DNA of 64,000 nt, taken from assembly GCA_900318065.1 (NCBI GenBank), contig ONIY01000004.1:41721-105720 (forward strand), in the 5' to 3' direction. Shown here piece by piece: positions 59,838 through 64,000 of this stretch. Below the pieces are notes generated by a model. That model was not told where the DNA came from, did no database searches, and saw nothing but the letters and a program-made list of their open reading frames with translations. Within the stretch, counting starts at the first letter, position 1. Every line of letters starts with the position of its first letter. This DNA is from an uncultured Prevotellaceae bacterium. GTDB lineage: Bacteria > Bacteroidota > Bacteroidia > Bacteroidales > Muribaculaceae. The position numbers were made by a program, and so were the translations under genes.

Positions 59838-59935
59838 TTTTAAGTGTTAAGTTTTAAGTGTGAAGTAATAAGTGCTAAGTGTTAAGTGTTAAGTGTTAAG
59901 TGCTAAGTGTTAAGTGTTGAATGTTAAGATGTTAA
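59838..59935. repeat. (TAAGTGT)n heptamer array between murG and murC
   Basis: Tandem TAAGTGT/TAAGTGC units. Confidence 0.85.
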
Positions 59936-59945
59936 CTTGTTTTGT

Positions 59946-61328
59946 ATGAAAGATTATAAGTCATTATATTTCGTGGGAGCCGGTGGCATTGGGATGGCTG
60001 CGCTGGAGCGCTATTTCCTTGCTAAGGGCAAGAAGGTGGCGGGATATGACCGCACACCCAGTGAACTCACTCAGGCTCTGGAACAAGAAGGGGTGGAAAT
60101 CGTCTACGACGAGAACCCCGACCTCATTCCCAGTTACTGCCGCGACAAGGACAGCACGCTGGTGGTTTACACGCCTGCGGTGCCCAGCGACCATGCCGGG
60201 TTGTGCTACTTCCGTGACAATGGATTTGAGGTTGTAAAGCGTGCCAAGGTGCTGGGTATCATCACTCACGACAGCAAGGCTTTGTGCTTTGCCGGAACGC
60301 ATGGCAAGACCACCACGTCGAGCATGGCGGCCCATATCCTTGAGGTGTCGGGAATTGGCAGCAACGCTTTCTTGGGAGGGGTGCTGCGCAACTACGACAG
60401 CAATTTCCTGCTCTCGAGCACCAGCGAGTTCTCGGTGATTGAGGCCGACGAGTTTGACCGCTCTTTTCATCACTTGAGCCCCTACATCGCTGTGGTGACG
60501 TCGACCGATGCCGACCACCTCGACATCTATGGCACCTATGAGAACTATCTCGAGAGTTTTGCACATTTCACCTCGCTCATACGCCCGGGCGGCGCGCTCA
60601 TCGTGCACACAGGGCTGGAACTCAAGCCACGTGTGGCCGATGGAGTGAAAATCTACACCTACAGCAAGCATGAGGGCGATTTCCATGCCGCGCGCATCCG
60701 CAAGGGCAACGGCGAGATAGTCTTTGATTTTGTCACCCCATGGGAGACTATTGAGGACATCAAGCTGGGAGTACCGGTCGACATTAACATTGAGAACTCT
60801 ATCGCGGCGATGGCGGCCTGCAGGCTTGCCAGTGTGCCTGCCACCGCTATGCGGGAGGCGATAGGTTCGTTTATGGGTGCCAAGCGCCGCTTCGAGTTCT
60901 GGCTCAAGGAGCCAGGTGAGCATGGCAAGGTGGTGATCGACGACTATGCACATCATCCCAGCGAACTCGAGGCAAGCATCAAGAGCGTGCGCGACTTGTA
61001 TCCTGGACGCAAGATTAGTGTGGTGTTCCAGCCACACCTCTACACCCGCACGCGTGACTTCGCGCCTGAGTTTGCCCAAGCGCTCTCTCTCGCCGACGAG
61101 GTTTTCCTGCTGCCCATCTACCCCGCCAGGGAGCTCCCAATTGAGGGTGTGACCAGCGAAATCATATTAAAAGATGTTAAAAGTCAAAAAAAATCAATTT
61201 ATACCAAAGAAAATTTTATCAATTCAATTCCTTTGCTTAACTTTGATATTTTATTGACAGTAGGGGCTGGCGACATCGTGAATTTGCTGCCTCAAATTTG
61301 CCAACAGGTTAAGAAGCAGTCACGATGA
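59946..61328 (+). CDS. murC: UDP-MurNAc--L-Ala ligase
   Basis: GAGGIGM, AGTHGKTTT, EADEFDRSF, DDYAHHP, FQPH; start set at ATG 59946. Confidence 0.97.
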   Translation: MKDYKSLYFVGAGGIGMAALERYFLAKGKKVAGYDRTPSELTQALEQEGVEIVYDENPDLIPSYCRDKDSTLVVYTPAVPSDHAGLCYFRDNGFEVVKRAKVLGIITHDSKALCFAGTHGKTTTSSMAAHILEVSGIGSNAFLGGVLRNYDSNFLLSSTSEFSVIEADEFDRSFHHLSPYIAVVTSTDADHLDIYGTYENYLESFAHFTSLIRPGGALIVHTGLELKPRVADGVKIYTYSKHEGDFHAARIRKGNGEIVFDFVTPWETIEDIKLGVPVDINIENSIAAMAACRLASVPATAMREAIGSFMGAKRRFEFWLKEPGEHGKVVIDDYAHHPSELEASIKSVRDLYPGRKISVVFQPHLYTRTRDFAPEFAQALSLADEVFLLPIYPARELPIEGVTSEIILKDVKSQKKSIYTKENFINSIPLLNFDILLTVGAGDIVNLLPQICQQVKKQSR

Positions 61329-62227
61329 AACTGGCGAGGTACATATTGCTCATCGTCCTCACATCGCTAATGATTGTGGGAATATTGTGGGCGCGCGAGA
61401 AAGGCCGCGATGAGGTGTGCAACGACATCGTGGTGCAGGTGCTCAACGACGACAGCACTCATTTTGTCACGCCACAAAGTGTGATTGAGGAACTTGACCG
61501 CAAGCACATCATTGTCAAGGGCAAGCCAGTGTGGCAAATCAATGTCGAGGACATTGAGAAGGCGCTGGGTGAGTCGCAGTACATCGAGTCGGTTGAGTGC
61601 ATGTTTGAGAACGGAGGTTGCCTCAGGATCAAGGTCGCTCAAATTGTGCCGGTGATGCGGGTCTTCGACGGAGACCAGTCCTACTATGTTAACAAAGACG
61701 GGAAGCGAATGACAGCAGTGTCAAGGATTCACGCCAATGTGCCCATCGTGAAGGGACATTTCTCCAGCAAGTTCACGCCGTTGCGCTTGATGCCACTCAT
61801 CAACTATGTGGAACAGGACTCGGCACTGAAGGCGCTGGTGACGATGTACTTCATGCGCGACAGCAACAATATCTTCATTGTGCCGTCAATACAAGGGCAT
61901 GTGGTTAACATGGGAAACTGCGACGATGTGAAAGGCAAGTTCCGCAAGTTGCAGCTGTTCTACAACAAGGTGATGCCGGTCAAGGGGTGGACCTACTACG
62001 ACACCATCTCGGTGAAATGGAAACATCAGGTGGTGGCTACCCGCAGGGACAAGACGGTAGAGGTGCAGCAGGAATATAACCCCGAAGACGACGAGCAGGC
62101 CGACAATGTGGAGACAATGCGAGTGAGCGCCACCAGCAAGGCGCCTGTCAACAAGATGGTGAAGGAGAGCAAGGCTTCTCGTCAGGCCAAGGCGCTCGAC
62201 GAGGCTAGCAAGCCGGCGAAACCATAG
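61325..62227 (+). CDS. ftsQ: Cell division protein FtsQ
   Basis: N-terminal TM and POTRA-like region; position between murC and ftsA. Confidence 0.85.
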   Translation: MKLARYILLIVLTSLMIVGILWAREKGRDEVCNDIVVQVLNDDSTHFVTPQSVIEELDRKHIIVKGKPVWQINVEDIEKALGESQYIESVECMFENGGCLRIKVAQIVPVMRVFDGDQSYYVNKDGKRMTAVSRIHANVPIVKGHFSSKFTPLRLMPLINYVEQDSALKALVTMYFMRDSNNIFIVPSIQGHVVNMGNCDDVKGKFRKLQLFYNKVMPVKGWTYYDTISVKWKHQVVATRRDKTVEVQQEYNPEDDEQADNVETMRVSATSKAPVNKMVKESKASRQAKALDEASKPAKP

Positions 62228-62305
62228 CGAGCCTCCACAAGCGGCAAGGGCCTGGCATTATTGAAACTGAAAACAATAAATAATACATAATTCATCAACA
62301 CTTTT

Positions 62306-63688
62306 ATGACGAAGACTCAATATATAGTTGCATTAGAGATAGGAAGTTCTAAGATCGTGGGGGCGATAGCCGAGAAGTCGCCCTCGGGATATGTGCAAGT
62401 CAATCACCTTGAAGTAGAAAAACTGATAAACAGTGTGCGTCACGGATGCGTGCAAAACGTGGAAAACACTAAAGGGGCCATCAACAGCATTATCAAGAAA
62501 CTGGAGAACCGAGTGGACGGTACTATCGATGAGGTGTTTGTGGGACTGAGCGGCAGGTCGCTGCACAGCGAGCCCACCGAGGTCAACCACAACCTCGACG
62601 CCACGGTAACCATCACCCGCGACGTGCTGCAGAGCATCGTGCAGGAAGCCGGCAAAGACCCCATCAAGAACTACGACACCATCGAGGTGGTGCCGCGCAC
62701 CTATTTTGTCGACAAAAACGAGACCAAGAGCCCTATTGGGCAGTATGGCTCCAACATAAACATCAAGCTCAACCTCATTGTTGCCAAGCCCAACCTCAGG
62801 CTTAATCTCGACCGTGTCATGTCGGGCTCCACAAGGGTGAAGGACTACATGGTCACTCCGCTCGTGGTCGCCGACGAGATTCTTGAGCCTTCGGAGAAGT
62901 CGCTCGGATGCATGCTCGTGGATGTGGGCGCCGAGACCACCACGGTGTCGGTCTACAAGGACGGCTCGCTGGTATATCTCACCACATTGCCCCTGGGTGG
63001 CAGGAACATCACTCGCGACATCACTCTGGGTCTCAACGTGCTTGAAGACACTGCCGAGAGAGTGAAAAAGAACATCAGCAATCCGCTCGACAAGAAGGTC
63101 GACAGCATCTCTATCGAGGGTGTTAGCTCGGTAGATGCTGCTAACTACATCGTGGCAAGAACGGGTGAGATTATCGCCAACATCAAGCAGCAAATCCAGT
63201 ATGCCGGTGTCAAGCCGGTTGACCTGCACAACATCGTCCTCATTGGTGGTGGTGCACAGCTGCAGGGCATTGCCCGCCGCATCGAGGATGAGATCAAGCT
63301 CAAGGTGCGCATGGGTAGCTATCCTAGCGACCTCAACATCCTTGACCACAACATCAACCGCATGGAATACATCCAGCTGTTCTCGCTTCTGTCGAAGGCG
63401 GCAAGGGAAACGCCATTCAACCAGTCGTGTGTGCGACTGAACACCTACAACGACCCCATCGCCGAGGCTCAGCCCACGAGCTATCCACGCAACGATGGCA
63501 ACGACTATGATTACTCTCATTTCCGCCCCGAGGAGCCCAATCCTGCCAGGAAAGCTCCACGTCAGGAGGAAGAGTCTCAGCCGTCAAGAACTAAAAAGCC
63601 ACGCAAGTTGTCTTGGCTCGAAAGGTATAAAAGTAAGTTCGACCGACTTTTGTCGGAACCCGAAGACGAGGAGGAAAACGACTTCTAA
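62306..63688 (+). CDS. ftsA: Cell division protein FtsA
   Basis: ALEIGSSKI, VDVGAETT, IVLIGGGAQL actin-fold motifs. Confidence 0.95.
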   Translation: MTKTQYIVALEIGSSKIVGAIAEKSPSGYVQVNHLEVEKLINSVRHGCVQNVENTKGAINSIIKKLENRVDGTIDEVFVGLSGRSLHSEPTEVNHNLDATVTITRDVLQSIVQEAGKDPIKNYDTIEVVPRTYFVDKNETKSPIGQYGSNINIKLNLIVAKPNLRLNLDRVMSGSTRVKDYMVTPLVVADEILEPSEKSLGCMLVDVGAETTTVSVYKDGSLVYLTTLPLGGRNITRDITLGLNVLEDTAERVKKNISNPLDKKVDSISIEGVSSVDAANYIVARTGEIIANIKQQIQYAGVKPVDLHNIVLIGGGAQLQGIARRIEDEIKLKVRMGSYPSDLNILDHNINRMEYIQLFSLLSKAARETPFNQSCVRLNTYNDPIAEAQPTSYPRNDGNDYDYSHFRPEEPNPARKAPRQEEESQPSRTKKPRKLSWLERYKSKFDRLLSEPEDEEENDF

Positions 63689-63749
63689 GCAAGGCTATCA
63701 CCATTAGTCATAACCCAGTAATAACCACGCAAAATCATCAACAAGATAT

Positions 63750-64000
63750 ATGGAGAATATTGACGACAATAGCGGCAACATGACCGGCGCAACTCAAGTG
63801 CACAAAGCCGAGCAGCAGGACATTTTCAATGGAATAGAAGAAAATCCCGGGTTCCACCAGAAGGAGAAGCCCGAGAGCATTCCTAACATGATAAAGGTGA
63901 TAGGTATTGGTGGCGGTGGCAACAATGCCGTCAACCACATGTATGAACAAAACATCAACGGCGTGTCGTTTGTGGTAATGAACACCGACAGGCAGGCGTT
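63750..64000 (+). CDS. ftsZ: Cell division protein FtsZ (partial)
   Basis: Manual translation ...[18 protein letters not shown]...VVMNTDRQA. Confidence 0.95.
   Translation, partial: MENIDDNSGNMTGATQVHKAEQQDIFNGIEENPGFHQKEKPESIPNMIKVIGIGGGGNNAVNHMYEQNINGVSFVVMNTDRQA

Overview
Bacteroidales chromosomal segment (TAnnTTTG promoters, Bacteroidetes-type dcw cluster; family unassigned). Housekeeping genes: dinB, malY/patB, rnpA, pdxB, rlmL-like, metG, topA and the rsmH-ftsL-ftsI-murE-mraY-murD-ftsW-murG-murC-ftsQ-ftsA-ftsZ cluster. It also holds secreted proteases, two tandem adhesin-like proteins, glycosyltransferases and an MBOAT/SGNH pair. Two mobile systems stand out. (1) A 1.36 kb IS110 element (36161-37526) has an upstream non-coding region that folds like a bridge RNA. 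Its guide segments match both its own donor junction and the host heptamer array AATGCAC-AATGCAC, into which it has inserted; two empty perfect target sites lie elsewhere in the window. (2) A 7.6 kb element integrated at tRNA-Leu(CAA) (13-bp att repeat) has an NBU-like integrase/HTH/primase backbone and ends in small and large terminase genes. It has no relaxase, portal, capsid or tail gene, so it is a candidate Bacteroidota phage satellite. Intergenic regions are filled with ordered composite 7/8/9-mer tandem arrays and REP-like palindromes, and one heptamer array sits in-frame inside pdxB. All calls are from motif recognition by eye; no searches were run.
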